Below, piece by piece: positions 30,618-42,262 of a stretch of 64,000 nt of DNA (position 1 is the stretch's first letter; each line of letters begins with the position of its first letter). The stretch is from Octopus vulgaris (Eukaryota). The position numbers were made by a program, and so were the translations under genes. The DNA lies in NCBI GenBank assembly GCA_951406725.2, contig OX597820.1, positions 48,422,001-48,486,000 of the forward strand, read 5' to 3'. The notes beneath the pieces were generated by a model, which had not been told where the DNA came from, made no database searches, and was given only the letters and a program-made list of their open reading frames with translations.

Positions 30618-31503
30618 GTGTGTGTGCATGCGTATTTGTGTGTATATGCGTTAATGCATTTATATATATTATTTATGTCTCGTATACACTGGTTTATGTA
30701 TATACAATTGTCTGAATGCTTGTATCCGGTTGTGCTTAATGGTAGATGTCATATGGGAATTGTGCAGACAATTGAAATTAATTACTTCCATTATTTAATT
30801 CTTAATTGTTAATGAAATTATTAATCTAATTATGGAAAATGTAACAGAAGCATTTATTCATAATTAATATGCAGAATATACCCACATCCCAACATATAGC
30901 AATCGGAATCAACAAATCTATGAGAAAAATTAAAGTAATACACATGAATGACTTCTTTAGATATAACAATTACAAATAACTTTCGATAAAAGTTATACCG
31001 AAACTTACACTACTTAATCATATAATTAACCATGCAAATACTACGCTGAATTACTAAGTCACTGTAATTATTAAAAATATAAATATACTCTTGATGACCA
31101 TTTGTTTTAAGTTTTATGATGTGGGTGAAGATAATGATTTTATTTAACAGCATAATGCCGGCAATTTGAAGCGAAGTGTGAATTATATCAATCCCAGTAC
31201 TTGACTGATATTTTCAGTGATAAATTGGAAATCTGACGAACGCAAGATTTCAAATCGGAACGTAAATTATAGAAATAAATGTGACAAATTATTTTGCTTG
31301 ACGTTCAAATGATTCTGCTCTATGTTGTCAGTTTCATATGTTCTATATTGTATCCATGTACATTTTATACTCACTAATATGTCTGCAACTATCTAAATAC
31401 GTATCACTATTATACGAGTTCGTATTGAATTGCTATGTCGACTCAATCTGTACATTATTGAGGTAAGTTATACTTAGTCACCTATCATTATTACTTCATA
31501 TAC

Positions 31504-31537
<34 letters not shown>

Positions 31538-31786
31538 GGTAAAATAGCATAGTAATATGTTATTATACGATTTGAAGCGACAATTTTTAAATACAAACTT
31601 CTTGGACAAAAATAAATAAACACAAAAAACAAACCCTCACTGAATCTCCAAAAAGCAAATGCCTTACCTGGTAGTTGTGCTTCAGTTTTTCAATAATCCA
31701 CAATTTTGGTATACAGCGACGTGACTCCTAGCAACCTACATACCACATAGCAATTCCTGCGCCTATTTGTATGTATATAAATATAT

Positions 31787-31921
31787 CCATCTACGAAATT
31801 GACTCACAAGGCATTGTCGGCCCGAGGCAATAGTAGAAGACACTTGCCCAAGGTACCATGCAGTGGGACTGAACCCAAAACCATGTGGTTCGGAAGGAAG
31901 CCTTTTACCACACAACCACAG
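31787..31921 (-). mobile_element. tRNA-derived SINE, third family; related copy at 58075-58195 (-)
   Basis: Reverse complement: TGTGTGGTAA..GGGTTCAGTCCCACTGC..TTGGGCAAGTGTCTTCTACTA. Confidence 0.65.
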
Positions 31922-33003
31922 ACTGAAAAATGATGAGCTAACCCTAGCCAGAATCCAACCCACAGATCAAAGCAAACATGACTCCTTGCACATCCGATTA
32001 TGCCAAATGTTCAGCTATCTATTTCAGCTAATATATGAGTCTTCCATAGTAGCTCCGTAACTTAGAAAGCCTTTCGCGTTTATTTACAAATATCTTACAT
32101 GTAGGTATATATATATATATATATATATAGAAAAGAACGCTACAGACGACAATAAGACATCCGGACTGGTAAACGATACTAAGACGGACAGAAAAAGCAA
32201 CAATAAAAGAAGATGAAAAGCAAGGATGGGTCATTCGTAGCCTTCCCTTATCAGTCAAGTTTACAGATCATCCTTACAGTTTCAGCCAGTTACAATTGAG
32301 ACTTTTCAAATATGACTGGCCCCATAAATCTAATTTAAAAGCATTAAATTTTGGTGGAGAAGGGAAGCGTATGTGCACGACAAGAAAGACAAAATAAAAC
32401 GGAGAAAATGTTACACAATTACAAATGCAAACACCAAGAAAATAACAACAGGTGTCTTTTGACCAATAAAGACGAATCGATTTGAGCTGGCGTGTGTAGA
32501 GTGAAAGCATTGAAGCAGGAACTTAGGAGATGAACATAAGAGATGAAATTCAGGAGACAGGAATATGAGATGCTATGTAACCGGCAGTCGAGCCAGGAAA
32601 TAAAGATCATACTTGGCCTAACACAGGTCACGTGGAAGGAGAGGAAAGAGGTAGGGGCAGAAGGTATGAAGAATTAGGGGAAGAACGAGAAAGAGGAAAT
32701 CAAAGAGACATAGAGAAAAGTACAAGGGAGATAGAAGAGGAGGGAAAGAAGGGAGATTAATGAAAGAGGAGGCCAAGAAATGTGAGAGAGGGGGAGAGAG
32801 AAAAAGAAAAGAGGAAAGAAAGAATAAGTATGAGGGGTACTACAAGAAAGTGTAAAAGAGTCGTAGAGAATTTAAATACATACTTACAAGGTGAGCAAAC
32901 GTGTACGTACGTAGCTATATATATATATATATATATATATGTTCCAAAAATGGAACAAGAATACAACAGGCGACAATAAGGACTATATATATATAAGGAT
33001 ATA

Positions 33004-33038
<35 letters not shown>

Positions 33039-33068
33039 GCATGTATGTATGTATAGATAGATAGATAA

Positions 33069-33136
<68 letters not shown>

Positions 33137-34136
33137 AAACAGTAAGACAACAACAGAAAGAAAGAGACCACGATATTATGTAAATAGAGGCATTTTCCGA
33201 TGGCCGGATAACTGATATATGTACGTATCAATCGCAGCTAAGTACTTTATCCCGAATTTCGTAAAATCATGTTGCAATGTTGACTTTTTCCTTTTATATA
33301 AAGAGTACAACAATTGTTATGATTTACTGGATCGAGCAGATGTAAATTGAATGTTATATTTTTATGCAGGTCTAGTCCCGTTTTGGTCTGTACTTAAGGA
33401 ATTCAACAATCAGAATCTGGTGTGACAATGGGAAACGGATTATGCAGATCGACTTAGACCGAGAAACGTTCCACTAAATTCCAATGAGTTTCGACTCTCA
33501 AATTTCGATCAAAGAGAATTTAGTATTCCTCCACATTAAACAGAAAGAACTTGGCAGGGCGGATTAAGCGTGGGATAGAACATGTAGACAGAGAGTTGTG
33601 AAGCGATCATTTTCACTATGTATATCCACAATTGCTAATTTCAAAACAAATGTTATACTTAAGATGATTTATATTCATAATTTCCGTTTATTCGTTGAGT
33701 TATCTAAAAGAGACAGCAACATGTAAAATAAAGCAAAATAATAAATTAATAATGTTTTGATCGATCCAGCTACGTATTAGAAAATGGAAAAAGAAGAAAA
33801 TTAAATTAGAATTTTATAAATAATGTGTTTTGATTTCAATTTTAAATTGTATCGTTTAATTTTTGGGAAGAAATGTATATTTCTATGAACAAATTAAAAC
33901 ATAGAATGACTTCTAATGGTATATGAACTACTCCATTGTTAAATTCGGTGCTTTCTTTTTTTATCAAGTCTTCTCTCACTTCCTTTAAACTTAATATCCC
34001 TGTCTCTGTATGAGACGTATTAATCGTCGCTGCGCTCCTTGATTTTTTTCTTTCCACCATTCCCCTCATCTTTGCTTCTGCATGCTTACATTCATACAGA
34101 AATACATACATATCTATGCATATGTATACATATATA

Positions 34137-34190
<54 letters not shown>

Positions 34191-34204
34191 GGGGGTGTTT
34201 ATAA

Positions 34205-34248
<44 letters not shown>

Positions 34249-34481
34249 GTGTGTAGCTATCCATCTATCTATATAACTCTGTGTGTGTGTAGTTTTAATA
34301 TACTTAGAGTTTGTATGAAAATTTATCACCGTTACTTGAGCAGTTTCATGATTTTCGAAATTAATATGATGTGTAAGAATCTGGAGTTATGCCATAATTG
34401 TCTCGACTCTCATAAAAAACTATTATTATTAAAGAAGAGAAGACTGAGCCTAATATGTGCATATATACATATATATACATT

Positions 34482-34531
<50 letters not shown>

Positions 34532-34532
34532 G

Positions 34533-35110
34533 CAAATCCGACACCCACAATACAGACAGTTAAAGGTGAGTGAACACATAGAAAGGTGTGCCAGGAATCT
34601 TAATCCCAATTTCCAAAACTTCCCCTTCTATCAATGTTCACAGAACACCACAATGCAACAAAGGTTGAATAAAGAGGCATTTTTCATCAATAAATATCTC
34701 CCCCAACTAAATATGAACACACAACTCAATACAGAACACCACTAACCCTTCAATTTAAACAACTAGCCCCTATACACTCCCTACACCATTCACATTTCTA
34801 AATCCAGAACTACTTACTCCCTTACAAATAATCTTTTTTTTCTTAGGAACTATTAGACTTGACACCGTGTATTAGACGGTGTATACAAAGCAATGAATAG
34901 CTTTGCGGAAACCATGGTATGCTTTGTTTTCTGACGTTATAATCATCTCATAATAATGACTTTTATTACTACCTCAGTCCATCTAAATGTATATATTTGT
35001 CGTTACCTTTCATAAAAAGCCTTTTTTTATTTACAATGTGAATTTTCGTTGATTTTTCATATTTTACCCTTACATTTCCACGTGTAGTTTATATTTTCTT
35101 TTTCAAACAT
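34533..35110 (+). mobile_element. 3' fragment of a Penelope-like element (GIY-YIG C-terminus plus pLTR region)
   Basis: 34533-34715 reads QIRHPQYRQLKVSEHIERCARNLNPNFQNFPFYQCSQNTTMQQRLNKEAFFINKYLPQLN, homologous to the C-terminus of the 18030-19440 element. Confidence 0.8.
34885..34927 (+). ncRNA. Minimal type I hammerhead ribozyme-like motif, A3-U8 core variant
   Basis: ACAAAGCA-AUGAAUA-GC UUU GC-G-GAAA-CCAUGG-UA-UGCUUUGU: 8-bp helix I, palindromic helix III, GUA site, one extra G before GAAA. About 170 nt after the PLE GIY-YIG end. Confidence 0.62.
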
Positions 35111-35147
35111 ATTTCTACTATATATATATATATATATATGGGGGGGG

Positions 35148-35443
35148 GGGGTGCAATGGCCCAGTGGTTAGGGCAGCGGTCTCGCGGTTTCGATTCCCAG
35201 ACAGGGCGTTGTGAGTTTTTATTGAGCGAAAACACCTAAATCTCCACGAGGCTCCGGCAGGGGATGGTGGCGATCCCTGCTGTACTCTTTCGACACAACG
35301 TCTCTCACTTTTTTCTTTTCTTGGCCTGCTCGCCTAGCCAGCGGGGTGGCGTCATTTGAAGCCTAAAACAATGCGAAGCGCATTGTGACCAGCGATATGT
35401 AGCAACATCTGATAGCCAGGTCTGCCACGGTGATCACGGTGAT
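35148..35443 (+). mobile_element. tRNA-derived SINE, second family
   Basis: A box TGGCCCAGTGG, B box TTTCGATTCC. The 3' part matches 24663-24780 in reverse. Flanked by TA tracts. Confidence 0.75.
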
Positions 35444-35916
35444 ATATATATTTCTAAATACCCAGGGCCAATATAATTCAGTTCAATTCAGATATATATT
35501 CTTATAAGTAACCTCCCGAAACCTGTGTATTTAGTTTGAATAGTCATCCTAAACGGAGACGAGTATCAAAGTTTAAAACCGGTCCGCTTGGACAATTGGG
35601 GAGATCTCTTCTATTGAAGCCCATTGGTTACTTTCTTAATCCGCAAAAAAAAAAAATGATTCACTTATATCTTATTGAACTCTCCTTCTCATTGTTGAAT
35701 ACTACCGTATGTTTCAAACTGAAGGATTATTCAATACATTTGGTAAGGTACAAATTTATTATTGCTTATCAAGAACTGTGCTGACGGTGCCTTAGGCCAG
35801 CTAATTCGTCATCGGAGAGCTTTCAGTCGAAGACTTATATGCCCCATTATTACACTATTTTCATTAGTTATTTGGCGGTGATCGCTATAAGCTGAAAGCT
35901 TATAAAATACTATTAT

Positions 35917-36012
<96 letters not shown>

Positions 36013-36112
36013 CTATACACAAACACGCACATCCCAGATCACGAACACGCTCCTCAACATTCATACGTTTTACTATCGAATTTATTATTATTATTATTAT
36101 TTTATATATATA

Positions 36113-39100
36113 CTAGCAGCATAGCCCGGCGTTGCCCGGGTATGTAAGAGCCCCTAGTAGGCAACGACTAATCCCAATGTAGTCCTTTCTCTCCAGGGAA
36201 CGAAGGTGCATGTGGACGTTGCAATGTCTTGTCTTCACTGGAATACTTCTGTATATACGGTGTTCCTAGCTGTCCGTTTGGGCGAAAACATGAAAACATC
36301 ATTGCGCCTCCCAACGCGTGAACAGCCCACGTAGAGTTGACCGTGGGCGAAGCACTGTTCGCCCAAATGTAACCCAGCGACTTGTAGCGTTTGGCCTTGG
36401 GATTTATTGATGGACATTGCGAAGCAGAGTTTAACAGGAAACTGAGAACGCCTGAAGTGGATTGGTAGGTCAGCGCCCGACGGTTGAAGGTGCATCCGTG
36501 GAATGAAGACGTCCTCTCCCTTCCCACAACCGGTAAGTATTGTGGCCGTTATTAAATGTGGTGCCAAATGTTTCACAACCAAACGTGTGCCGTTGCACTG
36601 TTTAGGTGGAACCAAATTCCTGATGAGCATAATGGGCGCACCGACTTTTAACTTCAGGATGTGTGGTGGCAGGCCTGGCGGTTCAAGTGAATTCAGGAAT
36701 TCAACAGGATAATCGGCAAGCTGGGCGGGGTCTGCTGTCCTATCTATAGATTTGTAGATGTGGACATCACCAGGAATAGCTTCAAGTAGCTGGATATTGA
36801 TGGAGTTGACGGTTGTATTTTTGGGTGCGAGAATAGCTCTGCCTGCCAGCCATTTTAGGTCGCGTAAATTGTTTTGTAGGTCGTGGAAGACAGCGTCCCG
36901 GAGGCTAGCAGGGGTGTCGACAATGGTGCAAAGTGAGTCCAATTGAACGTAGCCATCCGCATCAGACAGCATCCTATTTTCACCGAGCGATAAGAGGTCC
37001 CTGGAGAATGCAGCAGATCCGCTGTCACCAATTAACTGCGCGCGCATGTTAGTTTGGAGGTGCAAGAGCCGCACATGTGCCCAAAGAGCTGACGACTTAA
37101 GGCACGCGCGCACGGCATCGGCACGGGTTCCTTTTGGAATAACAGGTAGAGTCTGCCTGAAGTCTCCTGAAAGAAGTAAAGTTAATCCTCCCATGGGGGC
37201 CGTAGAGTCTCTGATGTCTTGCAGGGACCTGTCCAGTGCCTCAAGGGCGCCTTTGTGTGCCATAGTGCACTCGTCCCATACGATGAGTTTGCATCTGCGC
37301 AGAATGTCGGCCTGTTCTGAGTTCTTGGCGATGTTGCAGATAGGTGACTCGGACTTTGCCAGATCGAGCGGGAGTCTGAAGGCAGAGTGGGCGGTTCTGC
37401 CACCCGGAAGCAACGTGGCCGCGATACCAGAGGAAGCTACAGCCAGGGCAATGTCCGTGTTGCGTCTGACCTCTGCCAGAATTAGTTTAGTGACGAAGGT
37501 TTTGCCAGTGCCGCCGGGTGCATCAAGGAAGAAAATCCCCCCACGTTGCTGTCTGACAGAGTCTACGATGGTGTTGTAGGCTATGCGCTGGTCTGGAAGC
37601 AGCCGTGGTTCATTATCTTGGACGTACTGGTGCAGTTCCTCAATGCAGTAGGAAGTTTCGCGTAACAATTCAGCAGACATAACATTGGCGTGTTCACGTG
37701 TGGGTGGTGGAAGGCCGTACTCTGTTAAAGCAGACCCACCCATATCGATGACAGCGTCTTCGAGTTGAATGAGCGCAAAATTGTAAATGAAGTTGGTGAA
37801 CGTGATCTCGGCGGAAGGGCAGTGTTGCTGAGCCGTACGTAAGAAGTCGTGCGACATGTCATCCCTGTATTTCATCCAGAGACTTAGTGGATCACTAAGC
37901 TGACATTTTTGAAGAAGGATTGCGAAAAGATGTCGTAGGGCCGAATGCGTTTGCAGTAAAGCACCCTCTGCCATCGTGGCGTCCCACTGGGAGTCATCCT
38001 CTAGAAGGCCAAGTCTCATACATGCTTCCCTGAAGGTGTCTCACAGAACCCCATTGACGGTACGTATATTGGCGAAACCTGTTGGACCAGTGACCTCATG
38101 TAGAAGGAGACGGAGGTAGAAGCATTCTTGCTTGTTTGGCGGGATGTTGTAAACTCGACCCAGGCAGGAGTCAAACTTGACGCCTGGGAAGCTTTCGACG
38201 TTTTTGCCGGATTTCCGTCGAACCCAGGTGTTTTTAGACCACACGAAGTACGATGGGACCTGTGGGTACAAAAGCGTTCGAGCGAAGTCATCACGTTGGC
38301 ATAATTTGAAGAAACCAGTCAACGTTGTGTCTTTAGGGCTGGTGGCTATCTGCACAGCACTTTGCTCTGTGAAGTAAATCCGCTGTCCATTTTCCAAGTG
38401 TACAGCAAGCTGCACCACAGCCGGGTGTCTCTGATGGAGCGGGAAGCCGTAAATGCGCCAAAACGCTTCGTTGCTGCTGAGGTACCGGCCAGCCAAGTAG
38501 TTGGACACTTCGTCGCGACTGGTGGTCCTCTGGATGCTGAACATGGCAGCATCGCTGCCTTTGTTGATATATTTGCAGACATATTGTATTGACCTGATGG
38601 AGCTGCAGAACTCAACGTTGACGTGGGCTTTGAATATCTTCGACAGGAGAGGACAGTAGAGGACAATGTAGCTGTTGTCCACTTGATGTCGCCCAACCGT
38701 AATCGTGCGGCCTCCATTGGCTGGACTCCTTCGTTTGTACAGCGGATACCCATCGCCGCCTGTTTGAGTCTCCAAAGTGAACCGTTTAGGGAATCCCTTT
38801 GAGCAGGCTAATCCGTTTTTGTAGCATGGTGTGTTGGCGTAATTTGGTCCACAGGGCCCGTGTACCATGGTAGTGCGGACAATTTCGTAGAGTCCGGGGT
38901 CCTCATCGGGGTCAGGAATCTCGGTGGAAATGAATTTGTCAATGTCATTAGTCTCGATTTTATGAGTGAGCCAAATTAAGATGTGAGCATGTGGCAAGCC
39001 CCTCTTTTGCCACTCGACTGAAAACATGTGGCACCTGACATGCCCTAAAATCTGACCCTTAACTATCAAATCCTTCATTTTGCCCAAATTCAGACGGAAA

Positions 39101-42100
39101 ACCCTAGCAACGATGTCGTGTCGATGGGTGTGAGATTGACCCGGGAGGAGTTCGCGAGTGATTTCGTCGCAGCTGGGATTGCACGTGTAGGTGATAAAGA
39201 GGTCCGGCCGGCCGTAAATGCGCACGTAGGTCAAGGCGTCTTGGGTCCTTTCACGCATATATCGCGGTCCTCCCGTGAAGGTGGAGGGTAGAATGCATGG
39301 CTTGCCGATGTTGCGAGGGTCATTTTCTTGTTGCAAACCGTCACGGATATGAATGTAGGAGTCGGAGCGAAGTTTGGTCTGATTAAGTTTAATGTATAGC
39401 AGCCTTTCCGATTCCATTTTTGCGGCCATGTCGACGGCGAACTGGTTGAATAGCTGACGACAACGGGGTAATAAGTTGAACTCACCCTCCCTGACCATGA
39501 ACCGGTATGAGTAGAACGCCCTGCAGGAAACCGTCTTTGATGCCGCAGTAGTTTGATTGGAGGGCTGCCGTAAAGGAATTCCGAAATGGTAGCCGTCTTC
39601 CCCATAAGGGAAAAGCAATGGATACTGAAGCGCGTCATAAGATCTGTGAGTCTCGCTGATCCTGTGTAGGTTGTTACCACGGGAGGAGATGATTATGTCA
39701 CGGCTGTTGTGTTGCTCTCCGTGTATGACTGCGGCAATTTCGTTGCACGCAGGTGCGTTGAAACGGCGTTCGTGCTCCCCGTGGGGTCGTTTATCAGCAT
39801 CAATGACAACGGTGAAGTTTGGAGATGGAGCACTGTCCAAGGCATATCTGAAGCTGCAGACATAGCTGTTGATATCATGAAGCATGGTTTGGAGATGGAG
39901 AAGAATGTCTTTGCGGGGAACATAGCTTGTACCCGGTATTATTCCAAGGCGTGCATCAACCTGGTGGTTGTAGTCGGTAATGAAGTATATTTGGAGGAAA
40001 GAAGACTGCTGAATCTCGTCTGGCAGAAGTGACCCAATAAGATGGTAGACCTGTCCCTGCACTTTGAAAGTAGGCATCCAGCCTTCTCTGGGAGGAATTT
40101 TGGCCCCGAAAGAGGTCATTTGGAATGAGCAGTTGTACTTTCGAATTATTTCAAGGAATTGTGACGAATCGGGGGTTAAACCCGCCGCGAGATCCTTCAG
40201 TGGTTGAGGTGGTTCCCGTAGGGGTGGCAGGTCCACTTTGCCACCAGAGCAGCACAAACCAGGTGGCTCTCCGGGCCATTTCTTGGCTTTGCAAAACTGG
40301 CATACAATTGTCATTGACCCTATCTTGATGTCGTCACGCAAGGAGAAGTTAATTGTGGCGTCGTAGTTGAATGCTAGTGACAACCAGAAAGCGGGGGCAG
40401 GGGTACGTACACCACGAATGATATCCCGACGTTTGTTGATACTCTCAAGTCGAGTGCACCGTGCCTCAGCAGATTCAGATGCACGTGCGACAGCGGCAGC
40501 AGTGGCATCCCTTGAAAGCCTTTCAGCTCTCGCCTCAGCACCCTCTGAAGCCCTAGCAGAAGCAGTGTTAATGGCATGTCTGGATGTCCGAATAGTCCGT
40601 TGGTGTGGAGTTTCGGCAGATCGAGCCCTGGCTGTGTTTGCGGCGTTAGCAGCTTGGCGAGTTCTCCTCTGTTGAGGTGTTTCGGCAGCTTTGGCCATGG
40701 CATTGTTTGCGGCGTCAGCATCTTGGCGAGTTCTCCTCTGCTGTGAGGTTTCGACAGATCGTGTCCTGGCGGTGCTAGTGGCGTTAGCCACATTCCGAAT
40801 GGCCCTTTGTTCGGGGTTCTCGCGAGCTCTGCGGATGGAAGCACAGTAAGAAGCCCGCATATTTTGGCTGGACTGTTGCTCTTTCGTCAACCTCGAGCGG
40901 AGGGAAGATCTGTACGCTGCGACCCTTGCAAGTCGGGTAGAACGGTCGCTAATAGTTTCAGATGCCTGAGCAGCGGCATAACGGGAAGCTGTTTGCGAGA
41001 GGCGCAAGGCGGTTTCCTCGTGGGTCTCGCGTGCCCTTCTAGCTCTAGCAGCCGATGCCTTGGCCGTCCGAGGGCTGAGGAGGGTCCTTCTCTTCTTGGG
41101 TGGCATTTTGGTGGATAGCAATGTGTTTGGCAAAGGTGTAATAAAAAGGAACACGTGGGGTAAGTATTTTGGTGGATAGCAATGTGTTTGGTAAAGGTGT
41201 AATAAAAAGGAACACGTGGGGTAAGTATCCGAAAATGTATAAAAATGTACAAAAATGGCCAAAAAGCTGGCAGCAATGTGAGTGACAACAACGAAAAAGT
41301 CAAAAGTGATCAAACTGAACAAACGAAAGGAAAAGTTTTTTGATGCACACGACAAAAGTGGTTTATAATAAACCAAGAGTTTGCAAGTAGCGTCCAAGGA
41401 CCGTTAGGGTACGTAAAAAATTGAAGGTAAAACGTTTGGGGTGGTAGTTATAAAGAAAGTTTAAACAAAAAAAGTATTCGAATAACTTGCGGCTGCAGCA
41501 GCTATTAGCAGAAGTGGCGGTGTTGGGGGTAAAGTCTCGAACGTAATTTCTTCCTGGTAGGAATTGGTTGGATCGAATTATCGATAGCTAAAAAGGTCAA
41601 GTTGCGTCCCCTAGACAGTCTGGTTTGTGTTTAATACACAAATTTGTTTGCTATGTGTGCCACATATGATTAAATTAACCGATTTTTTCCAATAATGTAT
41701 CCTATTGGAATAAAAAGGGCTATATAGCTCCTTGGAGCAGACATGATGCTCGTTGTAAAAAAAAAAAAGATTCCTGCCAATTTGTGAAAGATATTGTCGA
41801 AAATATGTCATGTTGAATTTGAACGCGATTTCCCAAAATGGCATGATTTTATCGATTGTTTCTGATGGTAAGGTATTGCATGGAAAACTAACGTCAGAAT
41901 TGAGTTTCTTAGGGTAACATTAAGCTTCACCATGAGTTTGGTGAAAATCGATTGCAAGTTGTGAAAACTACCATAGATAATGCGTTGCATAAAAAAGCTT
42001 AGATTCTCGAGTTGCGTCCCCTAGACAGTCTGTGGTTCATGTTTATGATTGTCGACCCCATGTCGAATTTATCAATTTTTTTCAGAACTGGGGGAACTTT

Positions 42101-42262
42101 TCAAAATTTTCGCTGCGTTAGTTTTGAATTATGACATTGGGCTATGTGTGTGTCAAGTTTCATCAGAATCGGTTGAAAGCCGTGGTCAGGGTGAGGGTAC
42201 GAGAAAACAGACACACAGAAGCACGCACAGACAAACTGCCGTTTATATATATAGAGAAGAGA
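36113..42262 (-). mobile_element. Autonomous-type Helitron (rolling-circle transposon), full length, 6150 bp
   Basis: Minus strand starts TC (TCTCTTCTCTATATATATAAAC, 42262) and ends with hairpin CCCGGGCAACGCCGGG (36125-36140), 8 nt, then CTAG (36113-36116). Inserted between A and T in a TA tract. Encodes RepHel. Confidence 0.95.
36235..41106 (-). CDS. Helitron RepHel protein (Zn finger + HUH Rep + PIF1-family SF1 helicase), 1623 codons with one in-frame TGA at 38041-38043
   Basis: Likely start MPPKKRR (ATG 41106). Zn finger CQFC..LCC. Rep motifs PDLFITYTCN, VEWQKRGLPHAHILIW, YVCKYINKG. Helicase motifs DAPGGTGKT, IVWDE, GDFRQTLPV, FAMSINKSQGQT, HGQLYVGCSRV. The two track ORFs are in one frame: RTVNGVL*DTFREACMRLG. 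Confidence 0.93.

Noticed and set aside
38041-38043. Selenocysteine reading of the UGA
   Set aside because: No SECIS recognisable in the ~120-nt 3' region and no redox-motif context.
36503-41118. Antisense and alternate-frame ORFs within the Helitron
   Set aside because: Expected shadow ORFs of a GC-rich coding region; no motifs.
41107-41397. 97-aa N-terminal extension of the track's 1118-aa ORF
   Set aside because: Starts at a non-ATG codon and runs through the 61-bp duplication; MPPKKRR is the plausible start.
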